Shown: positions 24,676 through 37,904, counted from the first letter of the stretch. The stretch: DNA of 64,000 nucleotides from Lama glama (GCA_028534125.1 CM052818.1:20276001-20340000), one strand, 5' to 3'. Notes: generated by a model from the sequence alone, not told the origin. A program made the numbers and translations.

Positions 24676-25089
24676 CACTAATCAAGACACAGATTAGGAG
24701 AAAGGGGATTCCAGGGACAGTGGAGACAAGACACAGAGAAATGAAGGAGAATGGTATCTGGGGGAGAATGGCCTAATTTGGAGTGCCTGGGGGTGGGACA
24801 CGCAGTTGGGGGCCACTAGGGCCCTGTTAGCACCCATGGTGCCTTGGTGAAAAACACAAAAAGACATCTCCTCTGAGTAGAAAGCGCTCCCCTTTCTCAG
24901 GCTGAAGCCAGCCACACAGAGAAGGCCTGGATGCCACCTCCTGCTCACTGTCTAGGTCCCTTACTCCTGGGCTGTGCCCAAACCACACAGCTGTGCACAG
25001 CAGCCCCAGGCTGAGGGAGTGTGGAGGCCAGCAAGAGGAACTGTGCTTTATCTGATAAGGATGGAAGGATGCTAAGAAGGGGACCATGT

Positions 25090-25620
25090 AATAGTCAGCC
25101 TGTGCTTTGAAAGGACACTGGGCAGCAATGGAGAGGGAGGGAGACAGATGGGAGGGCAGAAAATTGAGAGGCGGTGAGTGAGTCAAGTCAGGAAACTATT
25201 GCAAACTAGCCAGAGGAGAAGGAAGGAGGACTTGGAGGTCATCTTGAGAGAGAGTTCTTGTGTGGGGTTCTAGAGAGAACTTGGGGGCTGGATATGGTGA
25301 TATGGAAGTCGTGGGCACTCAGGGGTCATTTGAAGGCAAGCAAAGGTTGAAATTGCTCAGGGAGAGTATTTGGGGAGGAAGGCCCTGGGAAAAACCAGCA
25401 TTTAGAGAATGGGGGTTGGAGAGGGGAAGGACCAGGTCAGGTGACACAGAGATTGGGAATAAATGGTCAGAGAGGTGGGAAGGAGAGAAAGACAGGGGGA
25501 AAGCATGGCTCATAGAAGTCAATAGAACAAAAGCATTCACAGGTGTTGTGGGAGGGAAGCAGAAAGGAGAAGAAACTAGAAATGCAAAGAAGTCAAGTTT
25601 GGGAGTGTTGGCATGACTAA
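25090..25620 (-). mobile_element. L2 fragment; related pieces at about 24060-24340, 27200-27330 and 29520-29930
   Basis: Purine-rich degenerate sequence with gagttcttgtgtggggttctagagagaacttgggggctggatatgg...gggaaaaaccagcatttagaga, typical of antisense L2. Confidence 0.7.
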
Positions 25621-26371
25621 TAAAGAGTGCGAACTTGGACTTGAAGAGCCCCGTGACAAGTTCATGATGGACAGCACGAGCTTGTTGATCTGCCACTCAT
25701 ACCTCCTGAGTCTGTCACCTATCAAGTACAGCTGTGGGCAAATTATTAAAGTAAGTCTCTGAATTCCTGCCGGTAAACTGTGGATGATTATACCCATTCC
25801 AACAGGGAGGGGTGGGGATGATACCTTAGAGAATGACAGTTCTTCTTGTCACTGGCACCTAACAATGCACTGCCCTGTAGTATGAATGATCTTTCCATAT
25901 ACCCAACCCCAGTAACTCTAACCAGCCTGCAAGCTGCTTTTGGGGTAGAGATTAGGGTTTTAAACTAATTAAAGCTAATGGTCATTTGGTGATGATTGTC
26001 TATGTGCAAGGTAAGAAGAGGAAGTTAAATAAGATTGAAGGGTTAAAAAGAAGCCAGGGCCCTTCAGGGGAGGGTGTTACTTAGTGAAGGATCCACCTGG
26101 ATGCCTGACCCCAGCACAAGGTGAAGAGTGGCAGGTGCAGCAATGAGTCTTAACTTGTAGTTCATTCCCAAACTGCAAATGAAGCGTGGTGGATGGAGAG
26201 ACTCGCTCAGGCTGGTAAGAATCAGGTTTCGAGCAGGCAGACAGTATTGCATGAGGCTTCTGGGTTGGAGAGAGGAGGAGGAGAGGAGGGCAGAAGCACA
26301 GGGAAGTTGGGAATTGGCAGGTAAGTTTGAGGAAAGCTAAGAACCTTGGTAGGTTCAAAACAAGGTTTCAT

Positions 26372-26567
26372 GGATTACTATATATAAAACAGATAAACAA
26401 CAAGGATCTATTGTATAGCACAGGGAACTATATTCAATTTCTTATAATCAGCTGTAACAAAAAAGAAACTGAAAAAATATATACGTACTTATGTATATGT
26501 GTAACTGAACACTTGAAATTAACAATATAAATTGACTACATGTCCATGAAAAATAAGAATAACAAAA
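26372..26567 (+). mobile_element. 5'-truncated L1 3' UTR with TSD
   Basis: gataaacaacaaggatctattgtatagcacagggaactatattcaa; TSD CAAAACAAGGT(T/A)TCAT at 26356-26371 and 26568-26583. Confidence 0.9.
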
Positions 26568-26613
26568 CAAAACAAGGTATCATAGGAAGTGAGGGGTGAA
26601 ACGTGTACTGGGC

Positions 26614-27202
26614 TGTAGGAGATATAACCTAAGGTGACCCCCAATGAGTCACACTCTGATATAATCCCAGAACCTCCTCCCCTTGAATATGACGGAGAAA
26701 CTGTGACTTACCCCCAACCAAAACTATGTGAAAAAGGTGATGTGATATCACTAGTGTGATTATGTGACATTACAGGGCAAGGGCAAAGGGATTTTTGCAG
26801 ATATAACTAAGGTCCCTAAATCATCTGACTTTGAGTTAAACAAAAGAGAGATTATCCTGGTTAGGCCTGATCTAATCAAGCAATCTCTTTCAAAGAGGGT
26901 CCAGATCTCCCTGAAGTTAGGGACTCCAAGCAGGAAAGACTTTCTCTTCTGCTGGCCTTGAAGAAGCCACATGAATTCTACAGCTGCAAGGAAATGAATT
27001 CTGCACACAACCATGTAAGCCTGGAAGAGGACCCCCAAGTTTAGATAGAATGCAGCCTGTCTGACACCTTGATCACAGCAGAAAGACCCAAGTACATCAT
27101 GCCTGGACTCCTGCCCCATGGAAACTGTGAGGTAATAAATGGGTATTGTTTTAAGGCACTGAGTTTGTGGTAATTTGTTACACAGTAACAGGAAACAAAT
27201 AT
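26614..27202 (+). mobile_element. MLT1E-like ERVL-MaLR solo LTR
   Basis: aagggatttttgcagatataactaaggtccctaaatcatctgactttgagttaaacaaaagagagattatcctgg ... tttgtggtaatttgttacacag. Confidence 0.9.
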
Positions 27203-27634
27203 GTGGACTTGCAATGTGGAGGGCCATGAAAGCAGGCTAAAAAGTATGAGCTTTATTATGTGGGCCACTGGGAGCCACTGACTATTTTTCAGTAGAGAGA
27301 CTTTTAGGAAGCTAAGAGATGTCAGTAGGAAGGGAAGGCTGGGTGGGGGGTTGGTCAGAGAACCTTGAAGAACATTTAGTTTAGGGCATGGCTCCCAGGA
27401 AGGGGCCAGTGAAGTTCTGGTGAGTGATTAGTTCTGGGTTGTACCAAGCCAGCTACTCTTCTACCCAATTAAAAAAAAGGAGGAAGCAAAACCCAAGTAA
27501 AGAAATTGACAGTCATTGAAAAAAAACTTATGGAACTTTAGTGTCCTTGTTGCTAATTATAAATATTTACTCCTCCCAGAATTCCTGACCTCACAGAAGA
27601 GCCTGCGTAAACAGTCCCGCTCTCTTACTGGAAA

Positions 27635-27635
<1 letters not shown>

Positions 27636-27669
<34 letters not shown>
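27636..27669. repeat. (TG)17 microsatellite with an alternating purine-pyrimidine extension
   Basis: Perfect run followed by gtgtatgtgtgcgcgcgtgcatgtgt. Confidence 0.98.
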
Positions 27670-27670
<1 letters not shown>

Positions 27671-28271
27671 TGTATGTGTGCGCGCGTGCATGTGTTCTAC
27701 ATTTTCTTGGAAGGAGGACAAGGCAGTAATAAGGGACTGGATGATCTGCAAAGAGTCACTTCCTGTTGGATATTGTCTAGTTCCCCCCCTCCTCCCCCCC
27801 AGATCGTAAATCCAGAGACCCCCAAGGAACTCCTCCTTCTCCAATTCTATCTGCTGGAGACAACTAAACCAAACAAACTCAGGAAGTGGCAAGAGGTTGG
27901 GAAGGGGAGGAAGTTCATGGCACAGAAGGAAAAAGTCAAGAGAATGCCCTGATGTTCAAGGAAGAGGGTGGGGGAGACAGAGCAACGAAGGTCACCCCAA
28001 GGTTGCCCGGCGCCGAGCCTTTAAAATGTCGTGCTTAAGCTTTCAATCAAAACTGGTAAAAACAGTGGGTCAGATCTCCCGGGGCTCTTCAAATATTAAC
28101 ATTCATAGTGATAAACAGCCCCCCAAAAGAGTCCTCTGTAAGCAAACTGGAACAAACAACTAATCTAAACCGGGTTGCTAAGAGACCCATTGGGCAGGAG
28201 CCAAAGTCAGTTCAAGCTTCCAGAGAATTCTCTTTTTTTTTTTGCTTTTGGAAAAGAGAGGAGGAGGGAAG

Positions 28272-28480
<209 letters not shown>

Positions 28481-28779
28481 TCACACAGGCCAGCAAGTAT
28501 ACCATGAGCCCAAAGTATCAGAACCTGGATCTGAGGGGGACAGTTGCACAGGTGGGTGAATCCTGGTAGCATGTGTTCCGGAGACAAGATGTAGGAATAC
28601 AGCACATGAATTAGAGTACAAAGTATTCTTTAAAAATTTTTCCCTGTCTTACTTTTATAGGCATCAGCTTGGTCTAGTGGGAGAAGCCCAAAACTGACAG
28701 AAAGGAGACTTGGGTCTTTGTCTAATCTCTGTTACAACCTTGAAGTGTGACCTGTGGAGGCTCCAGTTACCTGTATATG

Positions 28780-29299
28780 TGTGGTAGGTTGAATCATGGC
28801 TCCTCCAAAGACAGACACATCCTAATCCCTTAACATACAAATGTTACCTTAAATGGCAAAAAAAAAAAAACCCCAAAAAACCCCAAACCAAACTCCGCCC
28901 CCCCACAGAAGACTTTACAGATGTGATTAGGCTAAGGATCTTGAGATAGGGGGATTACTGTGGGTCACCAGGGTGGGCCTTCAATGCAGTCACAGATGTC
29001 CTTATAAGAGGGAGGCAGAGGAGATTTGAGAACGGAGAAGGCAATGTGACCAAGGAGGTGGAGACTGAGGGTTGTGGCCACAAGCCAAGGAAGGTGGCCG
29101 CCACCAGAAGCTGGAAGGGACAGGGAAGGACACTTTCCCAAAGCCTCTGGAGGGAGCACAGCCTGGTTGACATTTTGATATTGGGCCATTGACTCTGGTT
29201 TCAGACTTCTGGCCTCCAGAACTGTGAGAGAATAGATTCCTCTTATTTTAAGCCACTGTTTATGGTCATTTGCTAAAGCAGTCCTAGAAAACTAATACA
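28780..29299 (+). mobile_element. MLT1C/D-like ERVL-MaLR solo LTR
   Basis: tgtggtaggttgaatcatggc ... cagacttctggcctccagaactgtgagagaata ... aaactaataca. Confidence 0.92.
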
Positions 29300-30031
29300 A
29301 ACAATACGGACTAATGAGCTGGTGAGAGCCCCCTCCCATGAGGGCCACTTCTCACTTTGGAGGCTGCTCCTTCTGGGATTCCCACTTGGGTTTGCCTCTT
29401 CTGATTTCTGCCCTCAAGAACAGCCAAACCCCAGTTACAGCTCATTGAGGGTGGTATATCTTATCCCCATGATAATATGGGAAGATGATGGACTGAAACT
29501 TATTTTTGCACAGTTTCTTGACTACTATTTCTGAGCCTGTAGAGTGTGGGTTGCTGTGCTAGGCAGGAGGCAAAGAATGTTAAGCCATCACTGTCCTGGA
29601 GGCGAGGGAGCTTATGATCCAGGGGCAGAGATGGAAAGCGGTCAGAATGATGGAAACAAAATAGAAGCAGAGTGCCTTAAAGGCACTGGGGGCTGAAAGG
29701 ACCAGGAGAAACAGGCGCTCTCTGAACTAGGGGGCCATGGAGGATTGTAGAAGGAGCTAGGTGCTGAGAGGAGGAGGAGGAGGTGGAGGGAGGCATGAAC
29801 AAATACCAGGACATGGGAACAGAGTGAGATCGCTTGGGGACTGGTAAACTGACCAGGTCAGATGGGGAGGAAGGTTCAGGTAGCCCAGGGGAAACGAGGT
29901 TTGAGAGGCCAGAGGGGCAGAGTAGATTCTTAACATATAGGCACAGTCTAAATGGAGCTCCTACGAGGATGTCAGAATATTATTTTCGATCAAAAGTAGT
30001 AGAATCTTCCCATGAAGAGTAAAAATCACAG

Positions 30032-30154
30032 GCAGGGGGTAGAGTTCAGTAGCTGAGTGTGTGCTTGGTGTGCACAAGGTTACGAGTTCAATCTCCACTG
30101 CCCTGTCAAGGGGAAAAAAGAAAACAAATACAACTAAAAAAAATTAATTAAAAA
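30032..30154 (+). mobile_element. Diverged tRNA-derived vic-1-type SINE with TSD
   Basis: gggggtagagttcagtagctgagtgtgtgcttggtgtgcacaaggttacgagttcaatctcc plus A tail; TSD AAGAGTAAAAA(A)TCACAG at 30015-30031 and 30155-30172. Confidence 0.85.
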
Positions 30155-30479
30155 AAGAGTAAAAAATCACAGTGATACTTAATTCATGAAGCAGTCTTGA
30201 CAGTGTATCTCCTTGTAATTGGCATCTCTTTGAAAATAAGTCCATCACTAAGAATTGTTATGAATCTAGGCTACCTTCTGCCCCACCACAATCTCCAGAT
30301 TTATTCAAGCTTTACTGGCAGTCACAGAGGACCTAAGGTCTAGTTTCTCTGTCATTTGACTTGCTCTTTCCCTTCAAGGCCTGCCTCGTTCTCTCCCTCA
30401 AGTACGATCTTGTACTCGGAAGTATTCAGAGGCCAAAAGCTCAATCATTTATTCCCCATTCAAATTTTTATTTCAAAAA

Positions 30480-30600
30480 TCGAATGATCAGGCAAGATCC
30501 AGCCCCATGAAACCAGAACTTCTGAGGGTGATACTCAGACACCAGTCCTTTTCAAAACTCCCCATGGGATCCCAATAGGGAGCCAGGGTTGACAACCACT
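30480..30600. mobile_element. MER5B-like fragment
   Basis: aaaactccccatgggatcccaatagggagccagggttgacaaccact terminus. Confidence 0.65.
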
Positions 30601-30700
30601 CTCCCATCTGGTTTCTGCCAAGCTGTTTTGCACCTGTGAGGTATATAGCTTACACGTTATTGGAGTTTTCCTCTTTTTCTTTTCAAAGAACTTCCAAGAA

Positions 30701-30894
30701 CACAGGTTCTCAAACTTGTACATCAGAATCACACAGAGGCTTGTTAGAACATGGACTCCTCCCCTGCTCCCCTCAACCCTGCCCCAAACAGTTTCTGATT
30801 CAGAAGATCTGGGTTGGAGCCTGAGAATCTGCATCTCCTAGCTCCCAGGTGATGTGACGCGGCCAGTCTGCAGACCCCACTTTGAGAACCACTG
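30701..30894. mobile_element. MER5A hAT-Charlie MITE, near full length
   Basis: ggttctcaaactt...catcagaatcac...gtttctgattcag...gagaatctgcat...cactttgagaaccactg. Confidence 0.9.
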
Positions 30895-31199
30895 CCTTAG
30901 AGCACTTGGGGCAAGTCTTTCCCACGACAAGTACAGCTGCATCAGGCACTCGACACTGTCCTAACCTGCCTGAACCACACCAACAGGAACAGCTGCTGGG
31001 ATGCCATTCCACGGTCCCCAACTTGAACCTGGGCTTTAGCAACAATGGAGTATTTCCTTGCCTGTGACTGAAGGAATCCAAATCTCTAAAGAGGAAAGAT
31101 CTCCCCTCCCCCCCCACCTCCCCGGTGGCTTTTTATCCTCCAGAATTGGACCCATGGCATTTAAGGATGGGGACCACGGAGCAAGAAAGAAGAACTCCC

Positions 31200-31395
31200 A
31201 CCCTCATTTCATCACTTACTGGCTGTGTGACCTCAGGCAAATGAATTCATCTCTCTGTGCTCAGCTTTCTCGTCTGTGAAAACGAGGGCGACAATGGGGC
31301 CTGCCTTGCAGAATTCTTATGAGGATTAAATTACATGTTAAAGTGCCTGGCTCATCATCCGTGCTCCATAAAGGCTGCCTAGTACTATTGTTCCT
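31200..31395 (+). mobile_element. MIR SINE
   Basis: cacttactggctgtgtgacctcaggcaa...ctctctgtgctcagctttctcgtctgtgaaa. Confidence 0.85.
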
Positions 31396-31469
31396 GACAG
31401 TATTAGAGCTGTAGGCATGACAGTTATGGTTGTCATTACTGAGTCTAGGTTTTTCCTGCCCCTTCAGCA

Positions 31470-32640
31470 GCATTTTTTCCCGATCACCTCTTCCAACAAA
31501 CGTTTGTGCCCCTTGGCTTTCAGCTGGTTTTCTCCCTCTGTTTCTGGCACGTTTCATTCTGCCTCCTCTTGTAGGCTTCTCTTCTCTCTAGTCATGAGGT
31601 GTTGGAATCTCACAAGGCGGGGTTCTAGGTCCACCCCTCTCCTCCCCTTTCTATACTCCCTGAGTGATCTCATCCACACCCAAGGTGTCTAATGCACCTT
31701 GACACCAATGACTCACAAACGTCTCCCTCTATCCTAAACCTCTCCTCAAGGCTGCAGACCCATTTACCCAGCTGTGTTTCTGACATCTCCCTCTGATGTC
31801 TCAGAGGCACTCAAACCCAAAACTGCTTCATAATCTTCCCCCAGCCAACCGGTCTTTGTCCAGGGTGCCTGTCTCAGGGCAGGGCTTTGCCATCCAGCCA
31901 AGTGTACAAGTCAGAAACCTGACAGTCATTCTTGATACCTCCCTTTCCTTCATCCCTCATATCCATCACCAAGTCCTGTTGCTTTTACCTTTTGTACCTT
32001 TGTACTATTACCTTTGTACTCGGTACATTTGCTTACTTCTTTCTGTTTCCACCACCATTGTGGCCACCATTCTGGTCCAAGCAGTTATCATCTCCTCTAG
32101 AGATTTTTGCAAGTACCTTCTTACTAATGCTTCCTCCATTGACTCCAGTCCCCCTACCAAAAGCTGATCACACTATGGACAGAGTTACCCTGCTAAAATG
32201 AAATCTGATTGTGACCCATGCCCTATCCTTCCCCTATCCTCCTAATTCTTTCAAAGTCTTCCTGTTACTCTTGGAATAGGTAGAAAACTCCCCAACATGC
32301 CTCGCGGCCTGTATGATCTGGCCGCATCTACTTCTTCTCAGTCGTCTCACTTCTAGCTGTCCCTTGTTTCCTCTGCCCTGCAGCAAACTCTCCTGCTACA
32401 AGGCCTTTGCTCATGCTGGCTCCCTCTGCTTGGAATGTTTTCCCCTCTCCTTTCACCTAATCCCTCCTCATCCCTCAGATTTCCCTGCAGCCATTTTTCT
32501 TCTAGGAAGCTGTCCCTGACTTTTCTGACAAGGTCAAAGCCCCCATCACACACTACACTCTCCAGTGGGGGGTTTGATTTGTGTAACTGATTTATGTCTT
32601 TCTCTCCCCATAGTTTGTATACTTCATGAGGGCAAGAACG
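31470..32640 (+). mobile_element. L2 (L2a-like) ORF2 3' region; further L2 3' ends at about 32975-33235
   Basis: ctatactccctgagtgatctcatccacacc...gtcagaaacctgacagtcattcttgatacctccctttcc...gcctttgctcatgctggctccctctgcttggaatg. Confidence 0.9.
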
Positions 32641-35600
32641 ACTGGTAATTCTGCCCTGCTGGTTTTTAAGGGAATTGGCCTAACCTCAAAGAAAAGCCAC
32701 CATAATTCCCTTTAAAAACAAGAATTATGGGGGTAGAAGAATTTAAAAAGCTTAGGGGGCTATAAGTGAGAAATGAAACCACAGGGTGCTCTGATATTTA
32801 CATCTACAAATTCTTACTACTTAGGGAGTTAAAGGCTTCAAGACGCGGCATCAAGTGCAGTGAGCCTCCTGTCTGCAAAATTTGCCAGGCAGTGTCCATT
32901 CTGACCACATCACCCTCAGGGGGTCTGTCTGTATCAGCATCCAGTATCTGGTTACAGCTTTGAACAGTTCTTTTGTTCCATGGACAGTTGTCTTTAACTC
33001 CCAGTGAGATGGTCAATTTCCCGAGGAACACACCTTATTGTTCCCAGCAACCCCAACACCACTACTAGCTCAGAACTGTACCTAAGGAGGCACTCAATAA
33101 AAATCTGCTCATCCAACATTCACCCCATGTAAGCATCTTGAGGGAGGGATTCTACTTGTTGGTTTAGTTTCTTGCTGTATCCCCAGCAACTAGAACTGAG
33201 CCTGGGTTCCTAGTATGTCTTTGTCAAATGCATGAGGTCTTGAATCTCCACCATGGATGAGGCTCTGGTTGCCGGAAATGCAATAGTAAATCAGAGTTGG
33301 TTTCCCCGTGTTATGTCTCTTGTTAACCTCATTTCGAGTTATGCTAATTTCAGCCCATTTGAACTTCAGTTTTAACTTGTTTTTCTACTCAACACAGCTC
33401 AGTATGCATGGCTCCAAAGCACAGTCAATCCTTCTGACATAGGAGGGACTGTTTTTAAAGCAAGATCCATTTTTCACTTCCCCTCACTCCATTTCAGTGC
33501 GTTTGGATTGTTTCTGACCTCCACACCTAACACATTTGAGAAGCATGTTTTGATGCAGAGTGAGAACTTCAAGTCATTCTGGGAACCGCTTAATTACATA
33601 AACTCAAATCAAAAGAAAGCTGGCAGAGCCAGCGGCTACTCATTAATCCCCTCTTGGCATCGGCAGGAAACAAAACAAAACAAAAACCCAACTTCCTGGT
33701 AAAGTAAGCAAATATGTTTTCTGAGGTAATCAAAGAATTTAAAAGCCTTATTCTACCTCCTCCTCCCTTAATCTCACCTGAATGTCTAAAAAGTTACGGT
33801 CTTGTGATAGCAAGGAAAATAATAAAATTAGGAAAGAGATTATATGTCACGGCCATTTAGGGTAAGAATAGTTAATAATGACCTACAAGCGGGAAGGGCC
33901 ACACCATGTGTTTGAAATTCCCATTGGGCTCCATTTCCCCAGAGTGCTAACCCTGCCTGACTTTGAGGAGAAAATTAGGCCCACCCCATCCATCTTGTAA
34001 GGCATGATGGATAGCCAGAGGCTTCCTCTCAGCAGCACTGCGTGTCCTGCCAATCCGGTTTGTTTGGACACACGTTCTCCATCGTTTGTTAGCTGTTTAT
34101 ATGTGCAAAGATTCTATCGCTTTTGAATCAATTTCACACGTGCACTCAACAACAGAGTGGACTTGGAACAGTCTGCCTCTGATGCACCAGTGACAGGATG
34201 AGCGATTTTTCCAACATACCATCTAAGGGAATCATGGGCCTTACACTCTGTAACATCCTTTCCTTTTCACATCTACATCATTTAACCTCTCAACTCAACA
34301 GGTCTTTTATGGGTGCCCAGCCCTGGAGTAGGTGATTGGCAGATATGGAAGATGATATAAGCCATGGCTTTGGTTCCCGGGAGCAAGGAACTGAATACAG
34401 GAGAAAGCAGCACAAAATGCTCTCTCATTATGTGCTAAACACTCCTGGATCAAATTAGATTGCAAAACCTATGTATCGGGGCCCTTAATCTCTTGGGCCC
34501 TTAGAGAAGAATTGTCTGTCATCCAGGTCTTAGCACTTACAGGAGATTATTATAAGCAACAGTCATAAGAAAACCCTTTCTAGATTTTATTTTCCATAAT
34601 ACAACTGATTTTGATGGAACTGGTCATTGCTGTAAGAATGTGGTTGAGATAAATCTGAATTAGGGGAAAGACCACAATAAAGGTCTTGAACAAGGAATGT
34701 GGGAGGATTAGATGGTCTATCAAGTTAGAAGCACAGGCCTGAAGGTCAGAGGTAAGCAAAAATGACCATTGCATGTGGGATGAAGAGAGGAGGAGTGAGC
34801 CAGGGGAAAAAGCTTAGAAACAGGGAGAAAGGAGAAAGACTGGGTGGTAGTAGGGTGGAGGTTGGGAGGCTGGTTCTGAAAACACAGGTGGGAAATAAAG
34901 AACTCTAGAAACATTTTGAGCTGTAAAATAGCACGATTAAAGCTGATTTTAAGAAAAGCTATTCTAGAAGCAGAATTCAAGATGGACTGAAAGAAGGTGG
35001 CCTCAAATTATTCAATCTCTCCCCCATCTCCACTGTGCTAAATGTTTTATCATCTTTGAAAAAGATCAACAAGCAACCCTCCCTCCTCTCTATTATGCTT
35101 CCTTGGTCAAACCAAACTAAAGCAATTCCAAACTGACTTGCCCAATAAAGATCAAATAAAGATTTCCTGCCCCTGGTTAGAACTGCACTTTGCCCAGGGA
35201 ACAACTTGAAGTTACTGCTAACTTGCCCCATGCACTTTCATTCACGTGTGAAAGCCAGGGGAAAGTGGAAGGGTTTTGGTTCAGGACATCAGAGAACACT
35301 TTTCCTTTTACAGAGGTATTCAACATCTTATGAGAAAGAACTTTCTATCACCTGATAAAACAGTACTTATGGAATAGCCCCCAAGTAGGCTACAGCTCAA
35401 CAACGCTGACCCCATGTGATCTCATGCTGTGAATAAGAGCAACATCTAAAGGTAAGCAGGCATAATGGCTTGTTGTTAGTTTCCTCTTTCAAAATGACAA
35501 AGAGGGTTTAGATGGAGGACGTGGCAATGAAATGTACAATGGTGTGGTTTTGCTGAGGCTTTCTTTTATTCTATTGCATCACCAGAACATCAACGTCTGG

Positions 35601-37334
35601 TACCTCTGCATCACCTCTTAGTACCCAGCTTCCTCCTGGTTTTTCACCCATTGGCTACTTTCTCCATCAAGGGCCACTCTTGAGTGTAGCATCTGGTTAC
35701 CACCCCCTGTCCCTGGCTGTTGATCCAGACTCCAGGAGAGCAGCAAGGCATCCTCTCACTCATCTGCCCAACTTAGCACCTCGTCATCCTGGAGAGGTTT
35801 CCTGCTCTGTGGTGTACCTGGTGCCCATCTAGAATCTGGTCTGCCCATTCTGGGCAAGATAGTGACATAGACCAAATCTGTCTTTGATGATACCAAGAGT
35901 TAATTTAAACAGAGAAAACACTGATTGCTCATTGGAGCCCACTGTCACCAGTAGTCAGCTGTCTGAAGCCAAAGTTAAGGACTGACAGAATGTTCCTTGT
36001 AAGTGTTTTTAAGCATAGGCATGTACAGAAGTATTCTTGTTCTAATCCTAGTTCCCCATGCAGCCAAGGCCACAGGATACTCTTGTCCTTTACCAACAAC
36101 TTTTTCATGAGCTCAGCTGGATTCTCCCAATCCAGTGTGTGAGTGCATCAAGCTCTCACTGTTCCACAAATACACCTTCCTGTGTGTAGGATGTAAGCAC
36201 CAACAGCTAGGGCTCAGGGCGCCCTTTTCTTTCATATTCCCATCTGGTCAAGGCTCAGTGCAGGTCCAGCTCAGTAAAGAACTAAATGGGTGTCTCTGAT
36301 CTCCAGCTCAGAACTGAACCTCACACAGAACTGAAGCAGCCCATGTAGCTGCTACTCTGATTCCAGAAACTTCAGATGTCACTTTATTATTTCCCTTGCC
36401 CAACACAAAACAAAGCACCTGCAGAGGTCACACTTGAGGTCTGACTTCCAGGAGGTTCATGCACCTACGACTGTTGTAAATAAAGCCTGCCATCCTGGGT
36501 AGGCCAAGCCTTCCGCCGTATTAGTGCTGCCACTGTCGCTGCTGTTTTTTCTGTTTTTTGTTTCTTCGCCTGCTTGCATAGTTCTATGTAGACTGAAATC
36601 CTGCTTACCAATCAGGGGATTAGAATGTACCTACATCAATGGTAAAATGGCCAGTCTTTTCAGTGAAAGGTAATCAAGGAAACGTTTTCCAATTTTGTGC
36701 GTAAGAAACAACTGACCAGTTAAGGCTCCAACCAGCTGTCAATGCCACAGTAGTTCCTCTTTCCTTACCTTTTCTTTTCTTCCCAAAGAACATGCAAAGT
36801 TCTTGGGATGGTTTTAAACATAAGCAAATACCAGGTAGCTGACCCTAAACAGAGACAGTACATCAACATTTCTTTTCAGTTGTGGGAAGGAAACATAACC
36901 TTCTTAGATGGACATATTTAGGTTGGGCCCACTGTACAGAGAAGAAAAAAAAGCTGTCTTTTCACATCTCCTGACTCGGGGCAGCAGTCAGAGATGATCC
37001 TCCGTGTAGGGGCAATGATGTGGTGAGAGCCTCTGTTTAACCTGCAGACCAGATCGCACGCACACACTGTGGTCCATGTAGCAATTACCTGAGTTTCCAA
37101 TAAGACTATTTCTCCACTAGGAATACTGGAGGGAAGGCACTCTCTTCCATTCCAAAGCTTACCTATTCACTAGGACTGGCTCATGCCTGATAAGTTCAAC
37201 CAACGCTGACCTTTTCCCTTCCTGATCTGCTATGGAGTTTTCTGTCCACACCAGTTTGGGCTCTTGGTTATTCTTACAACACTCTCTAGTAGAAGCAGGA
37301 CATAGGTAGCAACTGTTCCTATAGCTCCTGTTGG

Positions 37335-37900
37335 ACTCCACTGGTCAGACTACATGGGCAGTGTGGTGTCCGATTCTAGGCACCATATTTGACACCAACA
37401 AACTAGAGTTCATCCAGAGGATGGCAAACAGGAGGGTGTAGAGAAGCTGAGATGTACATGAAGCAGCTGAAGGAAGTGGCAATGGTCAGCCTCAATAAAT
37501 CCACTCTTAGAGGATGCTGATAGTCCAAACTGAATGAATGAGTGAACAAATGAATAAGCTATCAAACAAAGGAACAAATTGAAGAGGAACTCTTCAAACA
37601 CTGAAGGACTGCCATTTTGGTAATCAACTGCTGGACTGCCATGTTGGTAAATTCAATCCATGTTACTGCAGATTAACTAAGACTGATGGGAAGAAGAAGA
37701 TAAAGTGAGGCCCCTTTTGTTGTAGTCAAGGAAGGACTTGTAAGAACTCCAACCTTCTGTCCAACATTGGATCCCGCTGCTTTGTTCTGCAGTGAGTTGC
37801 TTCCAACCTGAGGATGCCAGCCTTGGATACTGAATTGATCACTTCATATGGTTGTTAATAAAAACCCTCTTTGTTCATCAAGGGGATGGACCAGATGAGC
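37335..37900 (+). mobile_element. L3/CR1 fragments
   Basis: ctggtcagactacat...gtgtccgattctaggcaccatattt...acaaactagagttcatccagaggatggcaaacagga (the CR1 motif LVRPHLEY..QFW.P....KLE.VQRRA). Confidence 0.75.
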
Positions 37901-37904
37901 TGGC

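Noticed and set aside
32640..33030. Possible retrocopy or exon between L2 pieces (75-aa minus-strand ORF)
   Set aside because: No recognisable protein similarity, poly-A tail or TSD.
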